DNA of 24,786 nt from a virus. Taxonomy: Duplodnaviria; Caudoviricetes. The stretch's first letter is position 1. Each line of letters opens with the position of its first letter. This document shows, in pieces, positions 8,491-18,081 of this stretch. The stretch is taken from IMG/VR virus record IMGVR_UViG_3300004770_000107, positions 1 to 24,786 of that record; one strand, 5' to 3'. Position numbers and translations under genes: made by a program. The notes under the pieces were generated by a model. It was given only the letters and a program-made list of their open reading frames with translations. It did no database searches and was not told the origin of the DNA.

Positions 8491-11400
8491 TTATTTGTAT
8501 TGTGTAAGGCTTGCCAAAACTGTGTATGTGGCACTTCCTGTTTTTACAACGGCATAGCGGTAAACATCAAGTCCAGACGCATTACCAGCACTAGGTGCGC
8601 CACCAATCCACTTAGGCGTCACCGATGTGCCGTCAATCGTCACAGCGTTGTTGTAGTAAGCCGTAGAACCTTGCGTAGTAATCAACGTGAAGGTCACCGA
8701 TTGGCCTGTTGACAAAGCCGTGTTCATGCTTGTGCCAGAACTGAATGCGATATTTAGCGTCCAGTTGTTAGCAGCGCTGGTTGTGTAATATTGAACCGAG
8801 CCGCTTTGAACGTAGAAGTTAGTCGTGCTAGAGGGCGCAGCAGCCACCACGTTGACCGTTTCGTTGCTGTCCAGCAGAGTAGTGCCAAACGTGCTTGTAG
8901 AGCCGTTAAACGTCTGTGTGGCTGTCCAAGTGTTAGCAGTTGACAAACTCACACCACTAGCTGCCGCCCATGATGCGGTCGTGCCGTTACTTGTCAGAAC
9001 ATAACCATTTGTACCAATACCCAAACGTGTGGCGCTATTGCTGCCGTTGCCAAGAATCAAGTCACCCGTTGATGTGATGGGCGACAAAGCATTAAAAGCA
9101 GCAGAAGCCGTTGTCTGGCCTGTGCCGCCATAAGCTATACCAATAGCATTACCATTCCATGTGCCGTTTGTGTATGAACCAGCCCAATTCAGCGTGTTGG
9201 TTGACCAGCTAACATTAGAAGGAGCGGAATTGTGAAAATCCCACGAACCTGCTGCAATAGAGTTGCTCAACAAAACAACTGTTATGTAAGAACCTGTTTG
9301 AACAGTTGCAATCGTTGTTGCGGAATTGTTTTGAATAACAATTGTGCCGCTAGATTGATTGTTATTAAAAGTAAACGTAGCGCCATTTGGCAATGTAGTT
9401 GCATCGGGCAATTTAATAGTTTGCCCACCAGAACCCGTAATGGCCCAATTTTGGACAGAGCCAGCAGTAAGCGTTATTGTTGTGCCGCTTGCAGCTTGGC
9501 TTGTATAACCTTCAAACAAACAATTTGTTGTTAGGTTTTTATTGGCATCAAATACTGGAATGCCATTAGCTACATTTATAGAGTAACTTGTACCCCAAGC
9601 TGTACCAGTTGAATTAGCAATACCAGCGCCAGGGTAAGTCGTGGGACCTGTAGCACCCGTTGGGCCTGTAGCACCAGTTGATCCTGTAGGTCCAGTATTA
9701 CCTTGAATACCCTGAGGGCCAGTTGGGCCTGTAGAACCAGTTGAACCCGTTGGGCCTGTTGGACCATTTGAACCTGTCGGGCCAGCATTACCTTGAATAC
9801 CTTGAGTACCCTGAGGGCCAGTTGGGCCTGTCGCACCATTAGACCCTGTCGGGCCGGTTGGCCCATTTGAACCCGTTGGCCCAGCAGAACCCGCAGTTCC
9901 TGTTGGACCTGTTGGGCCATTAGAACCTGCATTGCCTTGAGCGCCTGTCGGGCCTGTGGGACCTGCTACGCCTTGAATACCCTGAATGCCCTGAATACCT
10001 TGTGGGCCTGTAGGGCCTGTATCGCCAGTCGCACCCGTTGGGCCAGTTGGGCCAGTAAAGCCACCAGCACCAGTCGGGCCAGTCGGGCCACCAGCACCAG
10101 TCGTTCCCGTTGGGCCTGTAGGACCAGTCGAGCCAGTCGGTCCAGGCACAGTAGAGGCAGCACCTGTTGCACCAGTCGGGCCTGTCGGGCCAGCAACTGT
10201 AGAGGCTGCACCTGTCGGGCCAGTTGGGCCTTGAACGCCAGTAGTCCCCGTTGGGCCTGTCGGGCCAACATTGCCCTGTGCGCCCGTTGGGCCTGTCGGA
10301 CCAACAGCGCCTGTTGTTCCAGTTGGGCCTGTCGGACCAGCGACTGTGGAGGCTGCACCTGTCGCACCTGTTGGGCCAGTAGGTCCAGCAACATTAGATG
10401 CCGCACCTGTAGGGCCAGTTGCACCAGTTGGGCCTTGAGGGCCAGATGCACCGTTTAAGTTAACATTCCAAGAGGTAAATGTGCCGCCACCAACACTGCT
10501 GCCGACATTAACCACCATGACGCCAGTACTAGCCGAATAGCTAATAATGACACCCACCATGTAGTTGCTAGAGCTATTGGCAACAATGACAGGCTGGGCA
10601 ACTGTATAGGACAGATTTGTGCCAACAGTTAAAGTAATATTCCCCGTCTGAATCGCTAAAGACGTTGTACTGGTAGTGGCATACAAGTTACCAGAAGTAC
10701 CTGTCGGGCCGGTTGGGCCAGTATTACCAATAGTACCTTGAGAGCCTGTTGGGCCAGTAGGCCCAGTATTACCAGTGCTGCCCTGCGAACCAGTGGGACC
10801 TGTTGGCCCAGTATTACCAGTGCTGCCCTGCGAACCTGTTGGTCCTGTTGGGCCAACATTACCTTGAATGCCCTGTGCGCCAGTTGGGCCTGTTGGCCCA
10901 GTATTGCCCTGAATGCCTTGAGCGCCTGTTGGGCCAGTGGGGCCAACTGCACCAGTAGAACCTGTTGGGCCAGTATTGCCTTGAATACCTTGTGCGCCAG
11001 TAGGCCCTGTTGGGCCTGTAGCACCAGTGGCTCCGGTTGATCCCGTTGGGCCTGTTGGACCTGTATTGCCTTGAGCGCCTGTTGGGCCAGTATTACCTTG
11101 AACGCCCTGAATACCTTGAACGCCCTGAATACCTTGAGGGCCAGTAGGCCCAACATTACCTTGTGCGCCAGTTGGGCCTGTCAACCCAGTAGCACCTTGG
11201 CTACCCGTTGGGCCTTGCAATCCAGTAGGGCCAGTCGCACCAGTATTGCCTTGAGCGCCAACTGGACCCGTTGGGCCTTGAGGACCTTGAGGACCAATAC
11301 CACCACCAGCACCGCTTAACACCCAATAAGAGCCGCTACGGGTAATGAAATACATACCACCAGCATACAATTGTCCGGATGGCAGCGAAAATCCTTGCTC

Positions 11401-11904
11401 AGAAATAATTTGAGCAGGAGGCAAGCCATTGATAGTTACATAACTAGCACCAGTATTGGAGTTGGCTGGTTTGAACGTCAAAGACATCCCATCATTGACT
11501 TGAGTGATGGGAGGGTTGTAGTTCAGAACATAGTTGTTAGCTGTGCCTGTATCGGCAGAATAAGCGTATGAATTGGCTTGAAGTTCAGTAGTCTGAACGA
11601 AATTGGTGGCGTCAGCGGCTGTATAGAGGTTGGCTGCATAGTCGCCAACATTCCAACTCAAAGCAGTTGTGCCTTGTTGAGCGCGAACAATACTAGCAAC
11701 ATCACCAGACAGAGACACAACTTTGACAATTTCTGTCAGCATCCCTGTTGACGCATCACTGAATGTCAACCAAAAGTATTGATTTCCAGAAATTTGCGGA
11801 AACAACGAGCCAGTGCCTGGGGCTAAATAGGCAACAGTTGCCGATGAAATGAGAGGCTCTGCAAGAGTAGACTGGGCGTTATTTGCGTAAATAATATTGA
11901 TCAT
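8491..11904 (-). CDS. Collagen-like tail fibre (1137 aa)
   Basis: N-terminal domain homologous to the two upstream fibres; two long Gly-X-Y blocks dominated by GPT; C-terminal fibre and beta-sandwich domains. Confidence 0.88.
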   Translation of the reverse strand: MINIIYANNAQSTLAEPLISSATVAYLAPGTGSLFPQISGNQYFWLTFSDASTGMLTEIVKVVSLSGDVASIVRAQQGTTALSWNVGDYAANLYTAADATNFVQTTELQANSYAYSADTGTANNYVLNYNPPITQVNDGMSLTFKPANSNTGASYVTINGLPPAQIISEQGFSLPSGQLYAGGMYFITRSGSYWVLSGAGGGIGPQGPQGPTGPVGAQGNTGATGPTGLQGPTGSQGATGLTGPTGAQGNVGPTGPQGIQGVQGIQGVQGNTGPTGAQGNTGPTGPTGSTGATGATGPTGPTGAQGIQGNTGPTGSTGAVGPTGPTGAQGIQGNTGPTGPTGAQGIQGNVGPTGPTGSQGSTGNTGPTGPTGSQGSTGNTGPTGPTGSQGTIGNTGPTGPTGTSGNLYATTSTTSLAIQTGNITLTVGTNLSYTVAQPVIVANSSSNYMVGVIISYSASTGVMVVNVGSSVGGGTFTSWNVNLNGASGPQGPTGATGPTGAASNVAGPTGPTGATGAASTVAGPTGPTGTTGAVGPTGPTGAQGNVGPTGPTGTTGVQGPTGPTGAASTVAGPTGPTGATGAASTVPGPTGSTGPTGPTGTTGAGGPTGPTGAGGFTGPTGPTGATGDTGPTGPQGIQGIQGIQGVAGPTGPTGAQGNAGSNGPTGPTGTAGSAGPTGSNGPTGPTGSNGATGPTGPQGTQGIQGNAGPTGSNGPTGPTGSTGSTGPTGPQGIQGNTGPTGSTGATGPTGATGPTTYPGAGIANSTGTAWGTSYSINVANGIPVFDANKNLTTNCLFEGYTSQAASGTTITLTAGSVQNWAITGSGGQTIKLPDATTLPNGATFTFNNNQSSGTIVIQNNSATTIATVQTGSYITVVLLSNSIAAGSWDFHNSAPSNVSWSTNTLNWAGSYTNGTWNGNAIGIAYGGTGQTTASAAFNALSPITSTGDLILGNGSNSATRLGIGTNGYVLTSNGTTASWAAASGVSLSTANTWTATQTFNGSTSTFGTTLLDSNETVNVVAAAPSSTTNFYVQSGSVQYYTTSAANNWTLNIAFSSGTSMNTALSTGQSVTFTLITTQGSTAYYNNAVTIDGTSVTPKWIGGAPSAGNASGLDVYRYAVVKTGSATYTVLASLTQYK
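9640..10452 (-). repeat. Collagen Gly-X-Y block 2 (about 270 aa) with four GAAS(N/T)V(A/P) interruptions
   Basis: Degenerate 9-nt periodicity; read from the translation. Confidence 0.9.
10693..11295 (-). repeat. Collagen Gly-X-Y block 1 (about 67 triplets)
   Basis: [12 protein letters not shown] triplets; includes an exact 32-nt repeat at 10760-10791 and 10805-10836. Confidence 0.9.
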
Positions 11905-11916
11905 GTGCGCCTCATT

Positions 11917-11948
11917 AGGGGATGGTCGATTCTAACGACACATCCCCT
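11917..11948 (-). promoter_or_regulatory. Intergenic stem-loop just upstream of the collagen-fibre RBS
   Basis: AGGGGATG-GTCG / CGAC-A-CATCCCCT (12 bp, one bulge, 7-nt loop); no U-tract; GAGG RBS follows within a few nt. Confidence 0.55.
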
Positions 11949-11953
11949 CTAAC

Positions 11954-13075
11954 TCAATAACCAATAGCAATCCAGCTCAAATAACCAGTTTGGTCAAATC
12001 CAAAACTGGTTTGAGTCCAGTTGAAAACTGATGACGTCACAGAATTTCGTTCCAGCGTATTTCCGCCAATCACCATAAAGCAAGCATTGGGGAATGCTTT
12101 GGGGAATGTAATTGTCCCAGGGGAGGTGGCTCCACTTATGCTGCCCCATTGAATGATGACGCCGCCAGGCAACACTTGATAGCCAGGGTTGGACAGTTGT
12201 TGATTAGACCCCGTTGTGCTGGACAAACTAACAGCACCAACTTGCGCTGCTGTGTAGTCACCCGCTTGAGGAATAACAATACCAGTGCGACCATTGAAGC
12301 TGGCAACAGCGCCAGAAATGTTGGCCCAAGTAAAGTTGGAACCATTCCACTCCAACACCTCACCTGCGGCATTGGGTCCAGGGGACACATAGCTTGTTAC
12401 ACCTGTGCTGGATTGATAAACGATTGTGTTTGTACCGCCGCCAGACAAAGAGCCGACTGATCCGGTGGCCGGATTGGTCATAACAAATGCGTTATAAGCT
12501 GTGGAGAAAACCAGTTGAATTGGATACCCAGCAGCAGGAATGTCGCCAGCAGCCAATGCCACATTGCCGTATTTAACGATTGAATAGGCTGGCTGCACAT
12601 TGGAGCCAAGCGTCAAAGTCAATGTGGCCGCACCTGTATTGGCCGCTTCGGCAAGAATGAAGAATGACAAATTGTTGGGCAATGTTGTCAGACCTGATGT
12701 CAAAGTGGCTGTCAAAGAATTGGCTGAACCACCAGCGGTGGCGCTGGTATAAGTTGAGGCTTGCAATTGATCAGATTGAACAAATGCCCTTAAGCCGCCA
12801 GCGGTCACCAAAAGTTGAGCCAAGTCACCCGCATTCCAAGTCAGTGCAGTTGTGCCTTCTTGAGCGCGAACAACATTTAAAGTGTCACCCGTGACCGAAT
12901 TCACAAAAACAATTTCATTGATTGCCTGATTTGAGGCATTCAACAAAGTCATTTTGAAGTTGTTGGCTGGGAATAATGCGCCAGTGCCCGTTGCCAAGAC
13001 AATTGTCGTAGCCGAAGGGCCAACCCCCGCAGCCAAAGTAGAGGCAGCGTTATTGGTGAAATTTAAAATAGTCAT
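11954..13075 (-). CDS. Short tail fibre with gp53-like C-terminal domain
   Basis: Shared NNA.STLA anchor domain; C-terminal PGYQVLPGGVIIQWG...ITFPKAFPNAC motif typical of fibre tips; VASFNGRTG repeat motif. Confidence 0.82.
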   Translation of the reverse strand: MTILNFTNNAASTLAAGVGPSATTIVLATGTGALFPANNFKMTLLNASNQAINEIVFVNSVTGDTLNVVRAQEGTTALTWNAGDLAQLLVTAGGLRAFVQSDQLQASTYTSATAGGSANSLTATLTSGLTTLPNNLSFFILAEAANTGAATLTLTLGSNVQPAYSIVKYGNVALAAGDIPAAGYPIQLVFSTAYNAFVMTNPATGSVGSLSGGGTNTIVYQSSTGVTSYVSPGPNAAGEVLEWNGSNFTWANISGAVASFNGRTGIVIPQAGDYTAAQVGAVSLSSTTGSNQQLSNPGYQVLPGGVIIQWGSISGATSPGTITFPKAFPNACFMVIGGNTLERNSVTSSVFNWTQTSFGFDQTGYLSWIAIGY

Positions 13076-15642
13076 GCTTTTCCTTTAAGTGCTGCAACTT
13101 CAGCGGCCAATTCTTGAATTGCTTGAACCAAATAGACCACCAAGAATGATGTATCAATGGCTTGGGGCTTAATTGAGCCATCTTCATGCACATCTGTTGG
13201 GCTTCCGCTAACAGCCGCAGGAACCACAGCTTGCAACTCATCGGCAATAAAGCCCATATCCTCTGTGCCATTTTGCTTCCAGGTAAAAGATCGGGGTTGC
13301 ATTTCTGCAATCTTTGCCAAACCAGTACCTGCTGGCAATGCAGCAATATTTTCTTTGAGTCGGCGATCTGACGAAGTGCCGTAAGTAGTACCAGTGCCGT
13401 TATAGGTAATGGAACCAATACCAGTCAAACCGCCACCAGAAGACCCTTGGCTGAAATAAGCTATGTACTGCGAAGTGGTCTGAACAACTGCGCTCCAGTT
13501 ATATTGACTATTGTTGTAAGCAGTAGTAATTAATGCGCTGCCATTTGTGGTGGTGGCGTTTGAATAGATCGTGCCAATGTACGCTCCAGAAGGAGGAACA
13601 TATCCTGTGGAACCAGAACCAAAGAACCCATTCTTTGCAGTAAGGATTCCCCAAGGCAAAGTAGATGTGCCTAATGCTGTTCCACTTGTGGCTGGGTAAA
13701 CACCATTCGCATCGGCAAGCGCAACATTTGTATAACTACCGCTACTACCATATCCAAGAATTTGACCAACAGTTCCACCAACCCATCCATAATTGGAACC
13801 GTAATAAATTTCCTCAAAGAACACTGCACCAGTTGTTGGGCTTCCACTTGGGGTAACGCATTGGAAGACCGTTGAATAAACAGTATTCCAATACAAGGAA
13901 GAAGAACCAAGAGATGCGCCAGCAGCAGATGATGGCCCAATATTGGTAAACGTATTGATACCAGTCCAAGCATTATTGCTTGACAATGTGGGGCCGCTAC
14001 CTGATCCACTAGAACTAATAATAATGCTGCCAGCATTATTTGTAATGGTGACATTACTTCCTGCTGTCAGAGTACCAAGCGAATACCCAGAGCCATTGCC
14101 AATCAACAATTGGCCGTTTGTAGGTGTTGTGCTTAAACCTGTGCCGCCTTTGGCAGTTGAAATGTTATTTCCATTCCATGTGCCAGATACGTTGCCGCTA
14201 AACGCACCAGTCGTTGCAGTAACAGTACCCCAAGGCGAACCAGATAGTCCTAATGCAGTCCCAGTGGTGCTTGGATAGAAACCATTGGCATCTGCAATTG
14301 CAACATTTGTGTAAGTAGGACTTGCACCATATCCAAGGATTTGACCAGTACTGCCGCCAACCCATCCATAATTGGAGCCGCCAAGAACTTCCTCAAAAAA
14401 CACCGCACCTGTTGTTGGGCTTCCACTTGGCGTAACGCATTGAAAGACTGTTGAATAAACAGTATTCCAATAAGAAGATGCAGAACCAAGCGATGCACCA
14501 CCAGCAGATGATGGGCCAATTGTGGTAAATGTATTCGTGCCAGTCCAAGCGTTATTGCTTGACAATGAAGGACCGCCGCCGCCTGATCCACTTGAGCTAA
14601 TGGTAATGTTCCCAGAACTGTTCGTAATGGTTACATTGCTACCCGCCGTCAAATTTGCAACAGAATAACCAGAGCCATTGCCAATTAATAGCTGACCATT
14701 TGAAGGAGTTGTATTGACTCCTGTGCCGCCTTTGGAAACTGAAATTGTGCTGCCATTCCATGTTCCAGATACGTTGCCGCTAAAAGAACCAGTCGTTGCC
14801 GTAATGGTTCCCCAAGGCAAACCAGATGTACCTAGAGCGGTTCCACTTGATGCTGGATAGAAACCATTAGCGTCTGCAATTGCAACATTGACATAATTGG
14901 GACTACCGCCAAGTCCACCATATCCAAGGATTTGACCATAATTGCCGCCAACCCATCCATAATTTGAGCCGCCATAGATTTCTTCAAAAAATACAGCGCC
15001 TGTTGTCGGAATGCTGCCTGGCGTCACGCATTGGAAGACGGTTGAATAAGTAGTGTTCCAATAAGAAGATGCAGAACCAAGAGATGCACCACCAGCAGAT
15101 GATGGGCCAATAGTGGTAAATGTATTTGTGCCAGTCCAAGCATTGTTGCTTGACAATGTGGGACCGCTGGATGTGCTGTTACTCCAAGCAAATCCGCTAC
15201 CAGTCCATTGCAGATAAGTGCTAGAAGTAGTGGGTGCAGTAATAAAACTGGTTGTGTTGGCCGCTGTTTGATATGCGATTTGATTGGCCGCACCACCTGC
15301 CAGATTGGTTGCAGTACCGCCCGAGCCACCTTGAGCAAATGATGCCGCTGTGCCAGCAGTAATTTTGTTGGAAGCAATATCGCCTGTTGACCAAGCCCTA
15401 GCAGTGGTTCCCTCTTGACCACGCACAATTGTCAACGTGTCGCTAGAGCGTGCTGTGCAATAGCAGATTTCATTAATTAAGCCAGTAGCCGAATCGGTCA
15501 ATGTCAAAGTAAATTGCTGACCAGATGTTGGACTTGGAAACAAAGAACCGCTGCCTGTTGCCAACGTCACCGAAGTAGCAGTTGATGAAATCCCAGACGC
15601 CAAAGTAGATTTGGCATTATTGGCAAAAATAAATGTTGTCAT
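13072..15642 (-). CDS. Tail fibre with triplicated module and C-terminal intramolecular chaperone (peptidase S74-like)
   Basis: Shared anchor domain; SSDRRLKENI...MGFIADELQAVVPAAV...YLVQAIQELAAEVAALK is the S74 autocleaving chaperone signature. Confidence 0.88.
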   Translation of the reverse strand: MTTFIFANNAKSTLASGISSTATSVTLATGSGSLFPSPTSGQQFTLTLTDSATGLINEICYCTARSSDTLTIVRGQEGTTARAWSTGDIASNKITAGTAASFAQGGSGGTATNLAGGAANQIAYQTAANTTSFITAPTTSSTYLQWTGSGFAWSNSTSSGPTLSSNNAWTGTNTFTTIGPSSAGGASLGSASSYWNTTYSTVFQCVTPGSIPTTGAVFFEEIYGGSNYGWVGGNYGQILGYGGLGGSPNYVNVAIADANGFYPASSGTALGTSGLPWGTITATTGSFSGNVSGTWNGSTISVSKGGTGVNTTPSNGQLLIGNGSGYSVANLTAGSNVTITNSSGNITISSSGSGGGGPSLSSNNAWTGTNTFTTIGPSSAGGASLGSASSYWNTVYSTVFQCVTPSGSPTTGAVFFEEVLGGSNYGWVGGSTGQILGYGASPTYTNVAIADANGFYPSTTGTALGLSGSPWGTVTATTGAFSGNVSGTWNGNNISTAKGGTGLSTTPTNGQLLIGNGSGYSLGTLTAGSNVTITNNAGSIIISSSGSGSGPTLSSNNAWTGINTFTNIGPSSAAGASLGSSSLYWNTVYSTVFQCVTPSGSPTTGAVFFEEIYYGSNYGWVGGTVGQILGYGSSGSYTNVALADANGVYPATSGTALGTSTLPWGILTAKNGFFGSGSTGYVPPSGAYIGTIYSNATTTNGSALITTAYNNSQYNWSAVVQTTSQYIAYFSQGSSGGGLTGIGSITYNGTGTTYGTSSDRRLKENIAALPAGTGLAKIAEMQPRSFTWKQNGTEDMGFIADELQAVVPAAVSGSPTDVHEDGSIKPQAIDTSFLVVYLVQAIQELAAEVAALKGKA
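13640..15166 (-). repeat. Three tandem intragenic repeats (periods about 591 and 579 nt; third copy partial)
   Basis: GP(T/S)LSSNNAWTG.NTFT.IGPSSA.GASLGS...YSTVFQCVTP starts near 15166, 14575 and 13996. Confidence 0.92.
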
Positions 15643-16340
15643 GAGTATTGCACCGTGTATGTATATTGAAATGGAAGCTGTAGCGCACCAGCGTTAATTC
15701 CCGCTTGCAGATAAGGAGCCAAGGCTAAATTGATATAGTTAACCGATTGACTCGACCCATTAATAATTGGGTTCTGGTTGTATTGAACCGTGTCATAAGC
15801 CGCTACGTTGTATTCAGCAGATGATGGGGTTACTGATGTTGGTGGCAACAAACTAATCAAAACAGCATTCTCACCAGTAAATGTGACGCTAATTTGGTAA
15901 GTCTGATCTGGGAAAATTGCACCACTTAAAAATCTTTGAACTCTGCGTTTTAACCATCGAATGTTGAATTGATAGCCATCACCTTTGAATGTGTTCCATT
16001 GAATGATGCGTTGGAACACCAGATCATTAACCGTATAGCTTGCTGTATTTGCTATCAGTTGCGATTCGTTTGGCTGTTCGGTATTTAACTCAAAAGTGTT
16101 AACTGGACCTTTTTCAATAAAACCGCCAACAGGCAAAGAGGTTCTATACAGACCATAAATACCAGCAGCACACCAATCCAATAGATCGCCAGACTGATTC
16201 AAATAAATTGGCAATTGAACAGCATTGATGGTGTTCAAATTGATTTGACTCAATTCATTGTAAGCAGTGAAGAATGCGCTGATTCTGTCATCAGACGCAT
16301 ACTGCTGATATGGATAGGATGGTATTTGTTGGGTCAACAT
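15639..16340 (-). CDS. Baseplate wedge protein (DUF2612/gp48-like position)
   Basis: Follows the J-like gene; GDLLDWCAAGIYG and FNIRWLKRRVQRFL motifs; ATGA overlap with the fibre gene. Confidence 0.65.
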   Translation of the reverse strand: MLTQQIPSYPYQQYASDDRISAFFTAYNELSQINLNTINAVQLPIYLNQSGDLLDWCAAGIYGLYRTSLPVGGFIEKGPVNTFELNTEQPNESQLIANTASYTVNDLVFQRIIQWNTFKGDGYQFNIRWLKRRVQRFLSGAIFPDQTYQISVTFTGENAVLISLLPPTSVTPSSAEYNVAAYDTVQYNQNPIINGSSQSVNYINLALAPYLQAGINAGALQLPFQYTYTVQYS

Positions 16341-16341
16341 A

Positions 16342-17736
16342 TTAGGAATTTGTTACCGTAATGTTGGCCGTTGTTGTATAGAAATAGCCTTCTGAGCTGC
16401 CACGAATCAAAATTCCATTGGCGTCAGGTGGAGCATTTACACCATTAATCTGAACCGCAAAGGTCAATTTATTGATGTTGGCTTGAGGAATGATGTTTGC
16501 CGTTGCGGTTTGAAATACTTGCTGCATTTCCAAAATGCTGATGGGCTGACCAACATAAAGTGAATTAATGTAATTCACAATAGCCGGTTGAACTGCTGAA
16601 GCCACAACCGTATTGCTTACAAAATTAGTACCCGCAATGGTTGTCCAATTAATCCCCACATTGACGCTTTGCTGTAATGGCACAACAAAAAGAATCGTGT
16701 AAGTATTGGGAAAATCTTGAATGGCAATCGTTTCTGTGCTGCCGCCACTGGTCAATGTTTCAGAAGACACCGATTGAGAATTGTTGACCGAATAGGTCCC
16801 AGTGCCACCTGAACCTGAACCGAGTGCGGTCACAATCGTATTGGCCGTAACACCAGTTCCTCTAATGGGGCAACCCAAAGTGATAGCGCCAGCAGTAACT
16901 GAAGTAATGGTCAGTGTGGTTCCAGAGATCGAGCCAGTGCCAATAAAGCCATTTGCGCCGACCAAATCCAAAATATTAAACAAGCCGGTATAAATGGCTT
17001 GGGCCACAGCATAAGGATCACCACCGCCAACAATGACTTTCCAGCCAGCAGTTGGCGCTGTTACCTGTTGGACAGCAATCAAATTGGACTGCACACCGCT
17101 GACATTTTGCAACTGGGTTTTTAAGTAAGTCGCCATGCCTTGGCCTGTAGCCAAACCAGCCTGAATGACTTGAGATTGATAAGATTGCAGACTTTGTGCA
17201 GCAGCCCCAGGCAACCCAGCAGTTGTATTGGTGCAGCTCAAAGTGACGCCCAATGGAACAGATGTAATCAATTGGGTCACTGCCCCAACTGGAACCGCCC
17301 AAGAGCCAGCAGTCGTAGCCAAACAATACAGAGGTGAGGACACACCGCCCGACTCAACAATACCGCCGTCCTGAACCGTGTACTGGTAAGTGCCATCAGA
17401 CACCGTAAAGCCAATGTTTACGACAAAGCCTGGTGTACCAGAAAAGGTAACGTAGACAGAAGTATTGGAGCCAACACCTTGTTGCACCCCATAGACATTA
17501 CCGAGTTGATAAAGAATGGGTGCATTGGCTGTATAGGGTGATACTGAATTGACCAGATCAACCAAGGCTTGTTGAGCCACCGATAAAGAACCAGCAGATG
17601 TGGCATTCATGTCGCCAATCAAATTGGCTGGCAAGCTGGTGATGCCTGGGGCTAACCCTTGAGCAATAGCAAATGCTTCAGCCGCCAGTGTGGCTGGAGG
17701 CGTGACGGTATAGGGCGCAGTAAGTGCAGTTGTCAT
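16342..17736 (-). CDS. Baseplate J/gp47-like wedge protein
   Basis: VTFSGTPGFVVNIGFTVSDG, LYCLATTAG, YLKTQLQNVSGV, VGGGDPYAVAQAIY; size and position fit. Confidence 0.8.
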   Translation of the reverse strand: MTTALTAPYTVTPPATLAAEAFAIAQGLAPGITSLPANLIGDMNATSAGSLSVAQQALVDLVNSVSPYTANAPILYQLGNVYGVQQGVGSNTSVYVTFSGTPGFVVNIGFTVSDGTYQYTVQDGGIVESGGVSSPLYCLATTAGSWAVPVGAVTQLITSVPLGVTLSCTNTTAGLPGAAAQSLQSYQSQVIQAGLATGQGMATYLKTQLQNVSGVQSNLIAVQQVTAPTAGWKVIVGGGDPYAVAQAIYTGLFNILDLVGANGFIGTGSISGTTLTITSVTAGAITLGCPIRGTGVTANTIVTALGSGSGGTGTYSVNNSQSVSSETLTSGGSTETIAIQDFPNTYTILFVVPLQQSVNVGINWTTIAGTNFVSNTVVASAVQPAIVNYINSLYVGQPISILEMQQVFQTATANIIPQANINKLTFAVQINGVNAPPDANGILIRGSSEGYFYTTTANITVTNS

Positions 17737-17745
17737 GGGCTAATC

Positions 17746-18081
17746 CTAAGTGGCTATTGTGGCTTGATACACAGTTCCTGACAAGAAAATTGCGTTAATT
17801 TGGTAAGTCGGGTTAAGGACACTTGCTATTTTAGTAACCACCAAACTTGCAAAATATTGAGAGAATTGGCTTTGTGTTCTAGCCACTGCCGCATCAGGTG
17901 CAACTTGAGTCTGAACCGATTGAATCGCAGGTAAACCGTAATTGGCATACAAAGGATTTTCACCAGAATTCATCAACAAAGTCTGAATTAAGGTTGTCAA
18001 CCAAACATAGCCATTTTCGCCATTGGGCTGAGTATCTACCTCAACCCAATTGCCATTTTTATCTGTTCCATAAGTACGCAT
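17746..18081 (-). CDS. Baseplate protein (gp25/gp46-like sheath initiator position)
   Basis: 111 aa between spike and J-like genes; GENPLYANYGLP motif. Confidence 0.6.
   Translation of the reverse strand: MRTYGTDKNGNWVEVDTQPNGENGYVWLTTLIQTLLMNSGENPLYANYGLPAIQSVQTQVAPDAAVARTQSQFSQYFASLVVTKIASVLNPTYQINAIFLSGTVYQATIAT

Noticed and set aside
9640-11295. CRISPR array or non-coding tandem repeat
   Set aside because: Repeats are degenerate at third codon positions, have no unique spacers and encode Gly-X-Y.
9576-11319. Long alternative-frame ORFs (9576-9932, 9937-10458, 9966-10451, 10656-11156, 10738-11040, 11071-11319)
   Set aside because: By-products of the 9-nt collagen periodicity, which suppresses stops in other frames; low-complexity translations.
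13640-15166. Diversity-generating retroelement TR/VR pair
   Set aside because: All copies are in-frame parts of one gene, differences are not adenine-specific and include indels, and there is no reverse transcriptase in the window.
13050-15428. Minus-strand alternative-frame ORFs inside the 856-aa fibre (13050-13418, 13671-14054, 14250-14591, 15024-15428)
   Set aside because: They recur because the host gene is repeated; L/V/Q/H-rich composition is typical of off-frame reading of G/S/T codons.
8491-15642. Invertible tail-fibre switch (Gin/Cin type)
   Set aside because: All fibre genes are complete and co-oriented; no invertase or flanking inverted repeats were seen.
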